The notes beneath the pieces are model-generated. The model did not search any database. It worked only from the letters and a program-made list of their open reading frames with translations, and was not told the DNA's origin. The translations under genes and the position numbers were made by a program. Shown here one piece after another: positions 36,447-49,909 of a DNA stretch of 64,000 bases. Positions within the stretch are counted from its first letter, which is position 1, and each line of letters begins with the position of its first letter. The stretch is from Eledone cirrhosa. Lineage: Eukaryota. The stretch is taken from the NCBI GenBank assembly GCA_964016885.1, contig OZ024761.1:17794001-17858000 (forward strand). The letters are read 5' to 3'.

Positions 36447-36590
36447 AGAATTTGGCAGTTTTTCTGAGCCAGTTCTCATATAGGTTCCGAGGGACATACG
36501 GTTTTTCTCTCCTTGGTCATCAAAACTAAGATGACTGCGATAACTCCAGTCTGCCAGATCTTTAGCCAAGGGAACATCGAGATATTTGTC
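36447..36590 (-). CDS. CEP192: Cep192 coding exon 11
   Basis: ttacag / GTAGGT, phase 0/0, RMSLGTYMRTGSEKL. Confidence 0.78.
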
Positions 36591-37131
36591 CTGTAATGAC
36601 ATAAACAGAAAGAAATGAAGGTTGCTATGAGGGTGATTGTATGTGTGTGTTTCTGTAAGTATGCAAGTGTGAATGTGTGTGTGTCTTTCTGTGCTGGTGT
36701 GATAGTTGTGTGTGATAGTTGTGTGTATGCAAGTGTGTCAGAGAATCTGTATGTGTGTTTAAGGATCTGTTGATGTGTGTGTGTATGAGTCAGTATGTAT
36801 GTCCGTGTGTGAATGGGTGAGTGAGTGAGTGTGAATCAAAGAATCTGTTGATGTGTGTGTGCGTGAGCCAGGTGATATGTGTATGTATATGCAAGAGTAT
36901 ATGTGTATGTATGTATGTAGTTTATCTACTTTGTAGTAGACATCCCATATTATTTAACCCAAGGATAGACCCGATCCCATCCACTGTTTCCCAATCAAAT
37001 GTTTTCCAGCAATGCCCACATAAGATTTTCAATCAAATAATTTCGAAAAAATCCAAGAATTTTCAGGGATTTAGTAACATAACTACCTTTCTCATTATTG
37101 AGCTGGTGGTTGGAACATAAACATAAGTTAA

Positions 37132-37351
37132 CCCTTTAGCATTCACATTACTCTATATATACCATTATATTTTCATGGTAAAGACTTTACCTCGCATAAT
37201 TATCTCACATAATATCGAATCTATGAGATTTTGAAAGTATTTATTTTGAGAACAATACCCTAACATCAGTATGAGTGGCCAGTTACAGCCAGTTTCAACA
37301 GAAAGAGGCAGAGAATTCTGGCCAGTTTTGGCCAGTTTGAACATTAAAGGG
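37132..37351. mobile_element. piggyBac-type MITE (~200 bp)
   Basis: TTAA|CCCTTTAG...TAAAGGG|TTAA; related copies at ~2180-2370, 3900-4075, 9805-10019, 29290-29484, 33882-34085 and 41566-41772. Confidence 0.85.
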
Positions 37352-37690
37352 TTAAGAAAGTTTCTTATACTAGGATTTTTTTCAACACACTGATGCGTAT
37401 GTGTATGTGCATACATTTATATGTATGAGTATATAAATATAAACTTGCAAATACAAACACACAAAAATACAAACTCAGGCGTACATTCACAAACACACAC
37501 ACACACACAGCATAACAAATGGAATGCCAGCCACTATTTTGCTAGTTTTTTCACACACACACACCCCCCTTCCTTTCTTTTACACACACATACATTCATG
37601 CAGGTAGCAGATGTAAAGCGAGAGGAGTAGTTTGAGGTAGTCAAACTACTCCTCTTTCTTTACGTGTTAAGGATTCAGACATTTACTTAC

Positions 37691-37749
37691 ATAACTATTA
37701 TTCTCGGTGAAGTCTGTTTGATCTTCATCTATTTGGGCAGAGGTGGACT
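37691..37749 (-). CDS. CEP192: Cep192 coding exon 10
   Basis: ctgtag / GTAAGT, phase 1/0. Confidence 0.75.
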
Positions 37750-38106
37750 CTACAGACAAGAAAGAGAAGGGGACATGTTATTAAAACATTTCAACAAAAG
37801 ATCTGTCACAAATATTTTACAGGTCAAAAACAGGTTGATTCACATTTGTGACAGCCACTGCTGAGAATACACACATTCCCACTACATGACACACACACAC
37901 CACCCATCAACCCCTACACACCCCCATCACTCCAACACACACCACGCATCACCCCACCACACACTCACACATACACCCCATCACTACCACACACTACCCC
38001 ACTCCACATACACACACAATTTTCTCTAATCCCTCTTAAACACTTCTATACAAAGAAACACCCAAAATAAAATTTTTTTAAAGTTAAATCAAAATGAAGC
38101 CCTCAC

Positions 38107-38259
38107 CAAAGATCAGTTGCTCTGATTCACCACCAAATTCTGAGCTGTTTAGGTTCCCCACGTAGTTATCAAATTCTTCCCGATAGGCGAGGTCATTTTC
38201 AAAGGGTTCATTTATAAAAGTCTCGATTTCTAAAGGCTGGCAACTGAAATTACTGGCAA
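38107..38259 (-). CDS. CEP192: Cep192 coding exon 9
   Basis: ttctag / GTGAGG, phase 1/1, acidic open frame (EPFENDLAYREEFDNY). Confidence 0.75.
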
Positions 38260-39226
38260 CTAGAATTCAAATACAAATAAGGGCATTAAGCAGTGAATAG
38301 ATATATAATTTTAACTAATATGGAACGCAGGTATGATGATGATTATGATGTCCATGATGATATATACAGTGTAACCTGGCATTCGTGGAATTTTCCTTAG
38401 AACCTAACTAATAATTGTTCGTGGAATTGTAAATATCATTCACAATTTCTTTATGGCTTTTTTCGTGGCAATATGTTTTTTGGATTGGCATGATCGGTAG
38501 AGGGTCGGACGCCATGCTTTCCAGTATAGTTACGTCCCTTTATGATCTGAGTTCAAATCCCGCCGAGGTTGACTTTGCCTTTCATCCTTACGTGGTCGAT
38601 AAAATAAAGTACCAGTAATGAACTGGGTAATTGCTGGCCTTGTGCCTAAAGTAGACACAAATATGTTTTTTCACACTTTTTAATGCTAAATTATTAATAA
38701 CCTAAATTTTACATTATATTTTTGATGTTCATCGGCATTTTGATTTGTGGTTTTTCACTCTTCATAGGTGCTCTAGAAACGTAACCCCCGCAAATACCGG
38801 GGGACAACAGTACTACAATGACCGGAGCTGACAAACAATTATATAAGAAGTTCATAGGCTGACCAAGATACTTTCATGCACCCTCGTATAATACAATAAG
38901 GATAGATGTCAAACAATTATATCATCATCATCATTTTTACGTTCCTTTTCCATGCTTGCATGGTTTAGATGGGTCCTTCTCAGTACATTCCATCGTCATC
39001 TCCTCAGTGAGTCTCATCTATTTGAGAGTTGGCAGTGCTGGTAACCCAACAGAGAACACCCAGTCCCTACTGTAAGATGGTAGTGTTGGAGTCACGATAA
39101 AATACTCCCAGGACATGATGTAAAGTGGTTGATATTAGGAAAGACATTTGACAGTTGAAGCATGGAAAATAGACATTGATGATGATACATATATATATTA
39201 TATAAATTTTATATTATATATACATA

Positions 39227-39825
39227 CTAGCAGAATGGCCCGGCGTTGCTCGGGATTTGCTCTAGGGATCTTATATATTTGATGTATATTTATCCTTATC
39301 GAGCCTCGTGAAATAAATGTTTGTTTATATTTTGTTATTGTGTATGCAAAAATATCTGTACACGAATATATAATTATATATATACATATATATTAAAATA
39401 ACAGATTAAAGTTTAAGCAAAGAATCACTGCTTTCACCCTTAACATGATCTTCTGAAACTAAAAAAAAATCAATCTGTGAACGCAGAAGTAAATATTTTG
39501 AAAAACGTTACACACTATATATATATATAGACACACACACACATATAACGTCATAATGTTGTAATGCAGACACACAGACAGATATTATAAGGGCGCAACG
39601 TTATATCTATGTATCTATCTAAAAAGAAAGACTAAGAATTATAGAGAGAGATCGCTAAATCGCCTAATGCGGTCCCTATGGCATTGAAAATTTGATATAT
39701 ATTTTGCTCAAAACACTCACAGGACCATAAGTATTACATGTGTAAAGTTTGAAAACAATCGGTTGGGTGGTTCTCGAGTTTTAGGGAGTCAGACAGACAA
39801 ACATTCTCTGTTTTAGATATATAGA
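39227..39825 (-). mobile_element. Non-autonomous Helitron-like element
   Basis: A|TC start; CCCGAGCAACGCCGGG hairpin; CTAG|T. Confidence 0.8.
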
Positions 39826-40123
39826 TAACACCCAATACACACAGTAAATGTGGTTGGGGTTAGGAAAAGCACCCAACTGTAGGAACCAAGCCAGAATCAG
39901 TTCTGTATGAGCAAGATTGTCTCACAATGGGACAACTCATGTAACCCATGCTCGCATGGAAAAATGAACATTAAATGATGATGATTATACAGCATCATCA
40001 ATTTGTCCGTCCTCTTTTCCATGCTTGCATGAGTTGGACTAATATATATCTATACTTACATGGAAAAATAAGCTTTTGAATCATTTTTAATTCCTTACAC
40101 ATGTTTCAAGAGAATTGTACATA

Positions 40124-40745
40124 TCATCATCATCACCGTTTTACCTGCATTCTTCCACGCTAGCATGGGTTAGACGGGTTGTCCTGTTGTGGGCAGTGCC
40201 CGGTCGGCTGACCTTGTCTTGTTCATATGGGAACTGATTCTGGCTTGATTTCTACAGCTGGATGCCCTTCCTAACACCAACCTCATTTACAGTGAGTGCT
40301 GGGTGCTTTTTTTCCGTGGCGCCTACACGTCCACTTTACAGTGTGGGCTGGGTGCTTTTGTGCTGTGGCACCTCCATGACCACTTTGCAGTGGGAGGGAG
40401 TGGGGGCATATTGTCTATATGCTTCAGCTTCGGCTTGTACCCATGGGAGGTCGGGTACTCTGAATTACTGCGTGACGCCAGAGGTCACAGTCCTGTGTCA
40501 TCGCCTTTGAGAAGTGCAATTGGGTATGGTCGGGTTTTATCACCTTATCCCAGGTCTATTTGGGTCTCCCCACTCCACGGCTTCCATCGACTTCTAGTGC
40601 TCTGCACCTTTTTATGCAGCTGTCTTCCTTCATACGCATCACATGTCCATACCAACACAACCTCCTCTCCTGCACACATCATTTGATTCCTCTTATGCTC
40701 AGTCTCTCTCAATTCGTTTATGCTTTGCCGTTCGCGTATATTACC
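40124..40745 (-). mobile_element. RTE 3' fragment
   Basis: ORF end and 3' UTR similar to 27650-28270. Confidence 0.85.
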
Positions 40746-40827
40746 ATTACATATATAATCATATATAATCTTCTACATATATTTGAGCTTTGTATATATA
40801 TATTTTTACCATTGCTATATATATATA

Positions 40828-41164
40828 TCATTTCATTTCATTTTACGTCCGCTTTTTCCCTGCTTGCAAAGGTGGGACGGGAACTGATTCTGGCTTGATT
40901 TCTATAGCTGGATGCCCTTCCTAACACCAACCTCATTTACAGTGAGTGCTGGCTGCTTTTTTGCCGTGGCACCTCCACGACCACTTTGCAGTGGAATGAT
41001 ATGGACCCCAGTCCCTATCATCTCATTTCTACAGCTGAGTAAACTGGAGCAATGTGAAATAAAGTGTCTTGCTCAAGGAAACAACACATCACCCGGTCTG
41101 AGAATTGAACTCACAACCTTTCGATTGCAAGGCCAATGCCCTAACCACTAAGCCATGTGCCTCC
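40828..41164 (-). mobile_element. SINE family A, full length
   Basis: Near-identical to 7275-7613. Confidence 0.9.
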
Positions 41165-41361
41165 ATATATATATATATATAGTACTCACTGTAAATGAGG
41201 TTGGTGTTAAGAAGTATATCCAGCTGTAGAAATCAAACCAAAATCAGTTCTGTATAAGCAAGACATGGTCACCTGACCTGGCATTGCCCACCCATGCTAG
41301 CGTGTAAGAATGGACGTAAAACGGTGATGATGATGATGATGATATATATATATATACTTAC

Positions 41362-41425
41362 ATGATAACGTGGTACTATTCAACTGGTTCATCCAGTTTT
41401 CTTGTTGTGGAACTTCATTGTTCTG
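41362..41425 (-). CDS. CEP192: Cep192 coding exon 8 (NAGNAG acceptor)
   Basis: tttgcagCAG acceptor, GTAAGT donor, phase 0/1. Confidence 0.72.
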
Positions 41426-41954
41426 CTGCAAATAGAAAACATTGAGGGTCATCTGTCATATTTCCACAGTTTAACATTTATTATGTAGAGGTAGAGGACT
41501 GAATATTGGAGGTGGTGGTGTTGGGTAGAGGTGTGTATGATAAGTGAGAGTTTGATAATGCTTATCCCCTTAAGCATTTAAATTGGCTGTATCCAGCCAG
41601 AATTCTCTCACCGCTTTCTTGTTCAAACCAGCTGTAACCGGCCACTTATACTGATATCAAGGTATTGTTCTCAAAATAAATATCAAAATCTCAAAGATTC
41701 GATATTATGTGAGGTAAAGTGTTTACTGTGAAAATATAATAGTAAATATAGAGTAATGTTAATGCTAAAGGGTTAATGATGTTGGGTACATACCATAACA
41801 CAAATTTAAAGATAAATATAATCATTATGTCTGGTTTCCATATTTTTATAGATTAGACAGGTTGTCAGATGATGAAGTCTTTCTTGTACGCTCTGTTTTG
41901 AGCTTGGTTTCTACTCCTGGATGACCTTCCTAATGCCAACCACTTTACAGCATT

Positions 41955-42615
41955 GTACTAGGAGCATTTTATTGTGATGCCGGCATTACCACATTACAGG
42001 GTGGACTGGGAGCATTTTATTGTGATTATGGCGTTACCACATTACAGGGTGAACTAGGAGCATTTTATTGTGATTATGGCGTTACATTACAGGGTGGACT
42101 GGGAGTATTTTATTGTGATTATGGCATTACCACATTATAGGGTGGACTGGGAGCATTTTGTTGTGATTATGGCATTACCACATTACAGGGTGAACTGGGA
42201 GCATTTTATTGTGATTATGGCATTACCACATTACAGGGTGGACTGGGAGTATTTTATTGTGATGGCGGCGTTACCACATTACAGGGTGGACTAGGAGCAT
42301 TTTATTGTGATGGCGGCGTTACCACATTACAGGGTGGACTGGGAGCATTTTATTGTGATTATGGCGTTACCACATTACAGGGTGGACTGGGAGCATTTTA
42401 TTGTGATGCCGGCATTACCACATTACAGGGTGGACTAGGAGCATTTTATTGTGATGGCGGCGTTACCACCTTACAGGGTGGACTGGGAGCATTTTATTGT
42501 GATGCCGGCATTACCACATTACAGGGTGGACTGGGAGCATTTTATTGTGATGGCGGTGTTACCACATTACAGGGTGGACTAGGAGCATTTTATTGTGATA
42601 CCGGTGTTACCACCT
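41955..42615. repeat. ~47-48-bp minisatellite, ~14 copies
   Basis: GGGAGCATTTTATTGTGAT..GGCGTTACCACATTACAGGGTGGACT. Confidence 0.95.
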
Positions 42616-42814
42616 TATCTTTAATCCCTTCCATGTGTCAGTAACGAACACAAACTAAGGTTTTTTTCTTATGCAAACCATAAATTTATCAAAACGCCAA
42701 TTTTTTTTAGTTTGTATAATTGTTCATACCGGTGTATATGGCATACCAGTCCTGGACTCCAAATTTTCAATACAAACCATGCTATTGCATTCAATATTAT
42801 TGATGGCATTGATA

Positions 42815-43100
42815 TTTTAATAAGAGGAATCCGAAGTGGTGTGCAAAAGAGAAGGCTGCGTTGGTACGGACATGTGATGTACATGGATGATGATCACTGA
42901 GTGAAGAAGTGCCTGGAAATCCCAGTGAAGGGAAGCCAGTAGAGGTAGACCAAGAAAGACCTGGGTAGAGGTGATAAGAGCTGATCTCAAGTCGCTGAGG
43001 CTCACAGAGGAGATGACGAAGAAATGCAGCAAGTTGAGAGATGCTGTGCTAAAAAGGACCTGTCCAACCCATGCAAGCAGGGAGAAACAGCTGATGATGA
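42815..43100 (+). mobile_element. Older RTE-family 3' fragment
   Basis: IRGIRSGVQKRRLRWYGHVM..GRPRKTW. Confidence 0.8.
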
Positions 43101-43123
43101 TATTTGATTGATTTCCAACCAAC

Positions 43124-43243
43124 CTGAGTTTGTCCAGCAGGGTCTGGTACGGTGTCTGTCATCTGAGAGAGGACTTTATCTAAACAAAATGATGTGAGGC
43201 GTCCCTCAGATGGTCTTCCAATAGTACTGCAGTAGGACATCTC
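43124..43243 (-). CDS. CEP192: Cep192 coding exon 7
   Basis: tcacag / GTTGGT, phase 0/0, EMSYCSTIGRPSEG... Confidence 0.7.
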
Positions 43244-43269
43244 CTGTGAACAGACAAATAAACATACAT

Positions 43270-44870
43270 GAAGCTGTGTGGAGTGGCCTAGTAGTTAGTG
43301 TGTTGGACTGTTGACCATAGTGAAGGTGTGTGGTGTAGCCTAGTGGTTAGTGTGTTGGACTGTTGACGACAGTGAAGGTGTGTGGTGTAGCCTAGTGGTT
43401 AGTGTGTTGGACTGTTGACTATAGTGAAAGTGTGTGGTGTAGCCTAGTGGTTAGGGTGTTGGACTGTTGACCATAGTGAAAGTGTGTGGTGTAGCCTAGT
43501 GGTTAGTGTGTTGGACTGTTGACGACAGTGAAGGTGTGTGGTGTAGCCTAGTGGTTAGTGTGTTGGACTGTTGACTATAGTGAAAGTGTGTGGTGTAGCC
43601 TAGTGGTTAGTGTGTTGGACTGTTGACTGTAGTGAAAGTGTGTGGTGTAGCCTAGTGGTTAGTGTGTTGGACTGTTGACCATAGTGAAAGTGTGTGGTGT
43701 AGCCTAGTGGTTAGTGTGTTGGACTGTTGACTATAGTGAAAGTGTGTGGTGTAGCCTAGTGGTTAGTGTGTTGGACTGTTGACTATAGTGAAAGTGTGTG
43801 GTGTAGCCTAGTGGTTAGTGTGTTGGACTGTTGACTATAGTGAAAGTGTGTGGTGTAGCCTAGTGGTTAGTGTGTTGGACTGTTGACCATAGTGAAAGTG
43901 TGTGGTGTAGCCTAGTGGTTAGTGTGTTGGACTGTTGACCATAGTGAAAGTGTGTGGTGTAGCCTAGTGGTTAGTGTGTTGGACTGTTGACCATAGTGAA
44001 AGTGTGTGGTGTAGCCTAGTGGTTAGTGTGTTGGACTGTTGACCATAGTGAAAGTGTGTGGTGTAGCCTAGTGGTTAGTGTGTTGGACTGTTGACCATAG
44101 TGAAAGTGTGTGGTGTAGCCTAGTGGTTAGTGTGTTGGACTGTTGACTATAGTGAAAGTGTGTGGTGTAGCCTAGTGGTTAGTGTGTTGGACTGTTGACT
44201 ATAGTGAAAGTGTGTGGTGTAGCCTAGTGGTTAGTGTGTTGGACTGTTGACTATAGTGAAAGTGTGTGGTGTAGCCTAGTGGTTAGTGTGTTGGACTGTT
44301 GACTATAGTGAAAGTGTGTGGTGTAGCCTAGTGGTTAGTGTGTTGGACTGTTGACTATAGTGAAAGTGTGTGGTGTAGCCTAGTGGTTAGTGTGTTGGAC
44401 TGTTGACTATAGTGAAAGTGTGTGGTGTAGCCTAGTGGTTAGTGTGTTGGACTGTTGACTATAGTGAAAGTGTGTGGTGTAGCCTAGTGGTTAGTGTGTT
44501 GGACTGTTGACTATAGTGAAAGTGTGTGGTGTAGCCTAGTGGTTAGTGTGTTGGACTGTTGACTATAGTGAAAGTGTGTGGTGTAGCCTAGTGGTTAGTG
44601 TGTTGGACTGTTGACTATAGTGAAAGTGTGTGGTGTAGCCTAGTGGTTAGTGTGTTGGACTGTTGACTATAGTGAAGGTGTGTGGTGTGGCCTAGTGTTT
44701 AGGGTGTTTGACTGTTGACGACAGTGAAGGTGTGGTGTAGCCTAGTAGTTAGTGTGTTGGACTGTTGATCATTGTGAAGGTGTGTGGTGTGGCCTAGTGT
44801 TTAGGGTGGTTGACTGTTGACGACAGTGAAGGTGTGGTGTGGCTCAGTGGTTAGAGTGTTGGACACACAA
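43270..44870 (+). repeat. 52-bp minisatellite, ~30 copies, derived from a SINE tRNA head
   Basis: GTGAAAGTGTGTGGTGTAGCCTAGTGGTTAGTGTGTTGGACTGTTGACTATA. Confidence 0.95.
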
Positions 44871-45255
44871 TCATAAGGTTATGGGTTATAAAAGCCAGCA
44901 ATATTTGTTTATGTCCACCATAATTAAATTTCACAAGGGCTGACTTGGTTTTTAGTTTCCTGGGATCGATAAATACCAGTACTGTACTAGGATCCAAAGG
45001 CCTATAAGGGCAGTGCTTATCCCAGTTTCTGTGGCATGAAGCAACAGAGTACAAGACTTACCCCTTGACAGGACACCAGTCCATTGCAAGGCTAAACCCC
45101 CAGCTATTGCTGGTACTCATTTTCAGCTGAGTATACTGGAGCAACGTGAAATGAAGTGTTTTATTCAAGAACACAACACAATCCAGGATTCAAACCCATG
45201 ACATTATGATCCTAAGTCCAACAGACTTACCGCTAGCCCACACGACTTCACTTAA

Positions 45256-45450
45256 CCCTTTGGCATTTTAATTACTCTATTTTTACTATTGTATTTTCAT
45301 GGTAAAGACTTTACTTCATATAATTATCTCACATAATATCAAATCTATGAGATCTTGATATTACTTATTTTGAGAACAATACCTTAACATAAATATGTGT
45401 GGCCAGTTATGGCCGTTTTGAACAGATACAGCCAGTTTAATGCTAAAGGG
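45256..45450. mobile_element. piggyBac-type MITE inserted in a SINE
   Basis: TTAA on both sides, CCCTTT TIRs. Confidence 0.85.
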
Positions 45451-45683
45451 TTAAAACAGCTGAGTCAACTGGAGCAATGTGAAATGAAATGTTTAGCTCA
45501 AGAACACAACACAACCCAGTCCAGGAATTGAACCCACGACATTATGATCATAAATCTAACACACAACTAGACATTATGTCTCCACCTCAGGATTAATCTA
45601 ATCAATTATAAAATTGAATGAATAAATAAATAAATAAATAAAAGATAAGAAGCGAGATATAGGGTTCAACCATGCATACTGAC

Positions 45684-45730
45684 CTCAAGGTCTTGGTCAA
45701 CTTTTGGGGTCATCTGAAGTCGGTCAATTC
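45684..45730 (-). CDS. CEP192: Cep192 coding exon 6
   Basis: ttccag / GTCAGT, phase 1/0, IDRLQMTPKVDQDLE. Confidence 0.7.
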
Positions 45731-45940
45731 CTGGAAAAGTAGAAAAAGGATTCAACAAGGGTTTTAGCCAAAGAAAATAACGATTTTGTGGAATGTTTTA
45801 TACAATTATCTTATGTATGTATGTATGTATGCATGAACCCGTAACTCCCGGTGGTGCCATAAGGGCTCTGTAGTAATATACAGCATTTTTAAGCCTGGTG
45901 GATCCCATCCACTCTCCAGATCTGAACACAGCCAATTTCT

Positions 45941-45978
<38 letters not shown>

Positions 45979-46116
45979 GAAGAAGTGAAAAAGAGATGAC
46001 AAGGAGAAATTGACCCTAGTACTGGACTGGTGCTTTTTCTTTTCATCTACCTCGAAAGGATGAAAGGCAAAGTTAACCTCAGCTGGATTGAAACTCAGCA
46101 TGAAAAATAGACATAA

Positions 46117-46153
<37 letters not shown>

Positions 46154-46162
46154 GATGCTTAC

Positions 46163-46618
46163 CTAGGTTGCTAGGCTCTGTATATGAAAACTTTGTTTTA
46201 GCAAAACTTCTGAAAGGTATTAAAGCTGGCTTCTTGAAGTTGGTGTCTGGCAAATTTAGAGTCGGTTTTGATTCTTCGGGATCTTCAAGTCCAAACTCCT
46301 GGTCAAGCATGCGTAACTCCTCATCCTTCAACACAACAGGAGGCTGCTCGGCGGTGTCACCAATTTTTAACATTTGCATCTGTAGGAAAGCCTGAGTAAA
46401 ATTCATTTGACTAGAATTGGCAACGGACAGCTTCTTCCGGTCGGTGCCAGTTTGGGGCCTATGCTGGCGTCGGACTAGCTCTATGTCAGACAGTCTAGAA
46501 GAGCAAGAGAGGTCAGCTATTCCTGGTAGTTGTGTTGGTACAGTTGCTGCTGGTGATGATGATGTGATGGACTCAATGCTGTTCCGGTTGAGAGGATTCA
46601 ACAGAGAGTCAGTTTCAC
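46163..46618 (-). CDS. CEP192: Cep192 coding exon 5
   Basis: ttacag / GTAAGC, phase 1/1, 456-nt open frame. Confidence 0.8.
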
Positions 46619-47355
46619 CTGTAATGAGGAGGAGGACGGAGAGGAAAATTATACATTACGAAAGATAATGTAGCCCTAGATACATTACAAAGAACATTAT
46701 ATAATGTAGTCCTAGATACACTATATCTTAAAATAAAAGGATGCAATAGATAGTGTAGTCCATCACCCTTAATAATTGTTTCTAATTTAGGCACAAGGCA
46801 GGCAATTTGAAAGGGATGGGGAAAGTCGATTAAATCGACCCCAGTACTTATTGGTGCCTTATTTTATCAACCCCATAAGGATGAAAGGAAAAGCTGAACT
46901 CGGCAAGATTTAAACTCAGAATGTAAAGGGCAGTAACTCTATGCGACAAGATATTGCCTGCCCATCACCCTTAATAATGAAAAAATAAATAATTTTAGTA
47001 AATCCATCTAAAATCTTCATTAATTAATTAATTAAAATAAAATATGGTAATGAAAATGTGAGATAGGAACTGTTTGCCAAACACACAAGACTGCTTGTGT
47101 TATAATGGTGTGACACACCTGTGTTACATATCCGTACAAAGCAAAGGTAAGACCCAGGGTGTTCACTAGGCGTAATTCCAAACTACCAATGAGACTCCAT
47201 ACACATGGTCAACCTGACAGTTCACTTAGTTCTTATTTATAGACATTTCTCCTAATCCACTTTTAGTTACACGTGGGTGTTCAGGGTTTTTTCCTCCACA
47301 ACACTTTGTTATAGAAAAAGTAATAGATGTGGAAAAAAACAAAAAACAAACATAC

Positions 47356-47480
47356 TGTTGAGAAATTCATCTGGGAGGAGACCAAACGACGAAGCATTGG
47401 AGATTATGGAATTTTCTGTTAAAATGGATGCATTAAGGGAATCCCCTGTTGGATGGTTTGAAAACATGGAAGCAGTTAGT
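47356..47480 (-). CDS. CEP192: Cep192 coding exon 4
   Basis: ttttcag / GTATGT, phase 2/1, LTASMFSNHP...DEFLN. Confidence 0.75.
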
Positions 47481-48446
47481 CTGAAAATAAAAGAACACTT
47501 ATGATCATATGCCTGCTCGATCAGAGGTGGTAACCCAGGGCTAAACAACAATAACAACAGCAGCAGCAAATAATAGTTTCTGATTTAGGCGCAAGGCCAG
47601 CAATTTTGGGGGAAGGGGAAAGTCGATTAAATCAACCCCAGTACGTCACTGGTACTTTATTTCATCAACCCTGTAAGAATGAAAGGCAAATCTAACCTCG
47701 ATGGTATTTGAACTCAGAACGTAAAGGGCCGTAACTCTATGCCACGAAGCATGTTGTCCGACCATCTACCGATACTGTCAATCCAAATAATGACAACACA
47801 ATGTAGTCCAAGATACACTGTATATGTATGAATGAATAAAAGAGGGCTTGGTCACAACTGGAATGTCTTATCACAGGTCCTCTAAAGTAAGGCTAACTCA
47901 GGGTTAAATAGCAGCATAATACAGAATGTAGTCATCATCATCATCATCATCGTTTAACGTCCATTTTCCACGCTAGCATGGGTCTGGACGGGAATTGTCC
48001 CACTTGAGGCAAGATTGGTTGTCTTGCTCAGGACTGTCTGGCGGGTTTTCTACAGCTGGATGCCCTTCCTAACACCAACCACGTTTACAGTGTGGACTGG
48101 GAGGTTTTTACCAAGTTACCTACACAGCCACATTACAGACTCTAGCTACAGTACTTTTGGTACATACTATGTATGTATGAATGAATTAAATAGAAGTTTC
48201 TCACAGCTGGAATGTCTTTTTATCACAGATCCTCTAAAGTAAAGCTGACCCAGGGTTAAATAGCAGCAAAACACAATGTAGTCCAAGATACACTATCATC
48301 ATCATCATTTAATGTCCGTCTTCCCTGCTAGCAAGGGCTGGACAGGGCTTCCTAGTCCGAGTCAGTACTCAAGAGGAGATAGGCGAGAGACCTGCAACAA
48401 ACTTACATACATTCTCATACTCTACCAAATGTATTTTATCATAACA

Positions 48447-49106
48447 CTGGCAGTAAAGCCCGGTGTTGCTCGGGGTCGCTCAGTAGCTGTGTTAAAGTTA
48501 CAATGTTAAGTTTCTTTTTTGGCTTAAAGTCTGTCTGCACGACTGTCTGTCTGCACGCCTAACGAAATTTACAGATACATATATTTTAAATAAACTTATA
48601 TAATTTTTGCTTTTTTTTACGAAATATTTGCTTGTTTTACGTAGTCTTTAAATAGACTTGTTTTCAAGTAAAAATATTGTTTTAAAAGGCTTTTAAATGG
48701 AAATGAAGCAAAACGGAAGCTTAGTGTTCGAACTGATGAATTTTGCAGGTCAAAATTTTGCTGGCTCGACAACTGTTCGTGTATTGTGTTAATGTCATTT
48801 TAAACGCTGAGAAAGCCAGCGTAATTTTTTTAATTTTTGCACGCAGAAAATGTAAACAGAACGTAAGACGCTCAATGTAAACAGAACAAAGGGAAATAAC
48901 TCGTCACTTACGCTCAAAAATCGATACATTAGATTCGATTTCGTCACATAGGGTGGGTCAATTTGAAATATTTTTTTTCTGATGTCTTCGCTAGGGCTCA
49001 ATGTACAAGTATAGCAATTTCGGTGCAATTCTGTCAGAGATTCTAAGAGGAGATGTGTGCCAAAAATCGATAGACAGACAGACAACCACAGCTTTATATA
49101 TATAGA
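48447..49106 (-). mobile_element. Non-autonomous Helitron-like element
   Basis: A|TC start; CCCGAGCAACACCGGG hairpin; degenerate CCAG end. Confidence 0.7.
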
Positions 49107-49707
49107 TTAACACTAGGGAGGTTGTGTCTTCGACACTTTTTGTCCATCCACACCCTTTGTTTTCTACAGCTAGATTCCCTCTCTCATCACCATCCACTTT
49201 ACAGAGTGTACTGGGTCAAGTTTATTACATAAATCACTAACACTAGAGAAGTTATGTCTTTTTCACAACTGAAGAGTTCTCTTGACTCTTCGTTTGGAAA
49301 GTTTTCTACAGCTGGATGCCCTTCCTGCCACCAACCACATTACAGAGTGTACTGGGTGCAGTTTATTGTGTAGATCACTAGCACTAAGAAGATTGTCATG
49401 ACTTCAACATAGCCGAAGTGTCCTTCCAACCTTTTGTTTGACAAGTTTTCTACAGCTAGATTTCCTCTATCACTATTAATGTATAAATGGAGTTGGTCAT
49501 GGCTGGAAAGACTTTTATCACAGGTCCTCTCAAAACAAACTGACCTGGCACTAAACAACCACAGCAAGTCCCCCCAAAAAACAATGTATGTATAAATGCA
49601 TAAAAGAGGAGTTGGTCATGGCTGGACAGCCTTTTATCTCAAGCCAAGCCGACCAGGGGGCTAAACAACAACATGGAAGTTATATCTAAATCATTGACTA
49701 CACTTAC

Positions 49708-49860
49708 TTGTCACTTGTTTCTTGTTTTGTGACATTTACCAGCGATGCTTTACTGAGTTCCTTGCCGATATCTCCCATGGACATCTTACTGAGTTCTTTG
49801 GAGATGTTCCCCAGGGAGGTCTTACTAAGCTTCTTACCACATTTCTTGGGAATATAAGTG
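49708..49860 (-). CDS. CEP192: Cep192 coding exon 3
   Basis: tgtag acceptor, GTAAGT donor, phase 2/2; internal 12-aa repeat x3. Confidence 0.72.
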
Positions 49861-49909
49861 CTACAAAAAGAAGGGTGAAAAAAATGAAAAAAAAGTAATT
49901 TTATCATAT

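Noticed and set aside
43270-44870. CRISPR-like regular array
   Set aside because: Contiguous units with no unique spacers, no cas genes, eukaryotic intron
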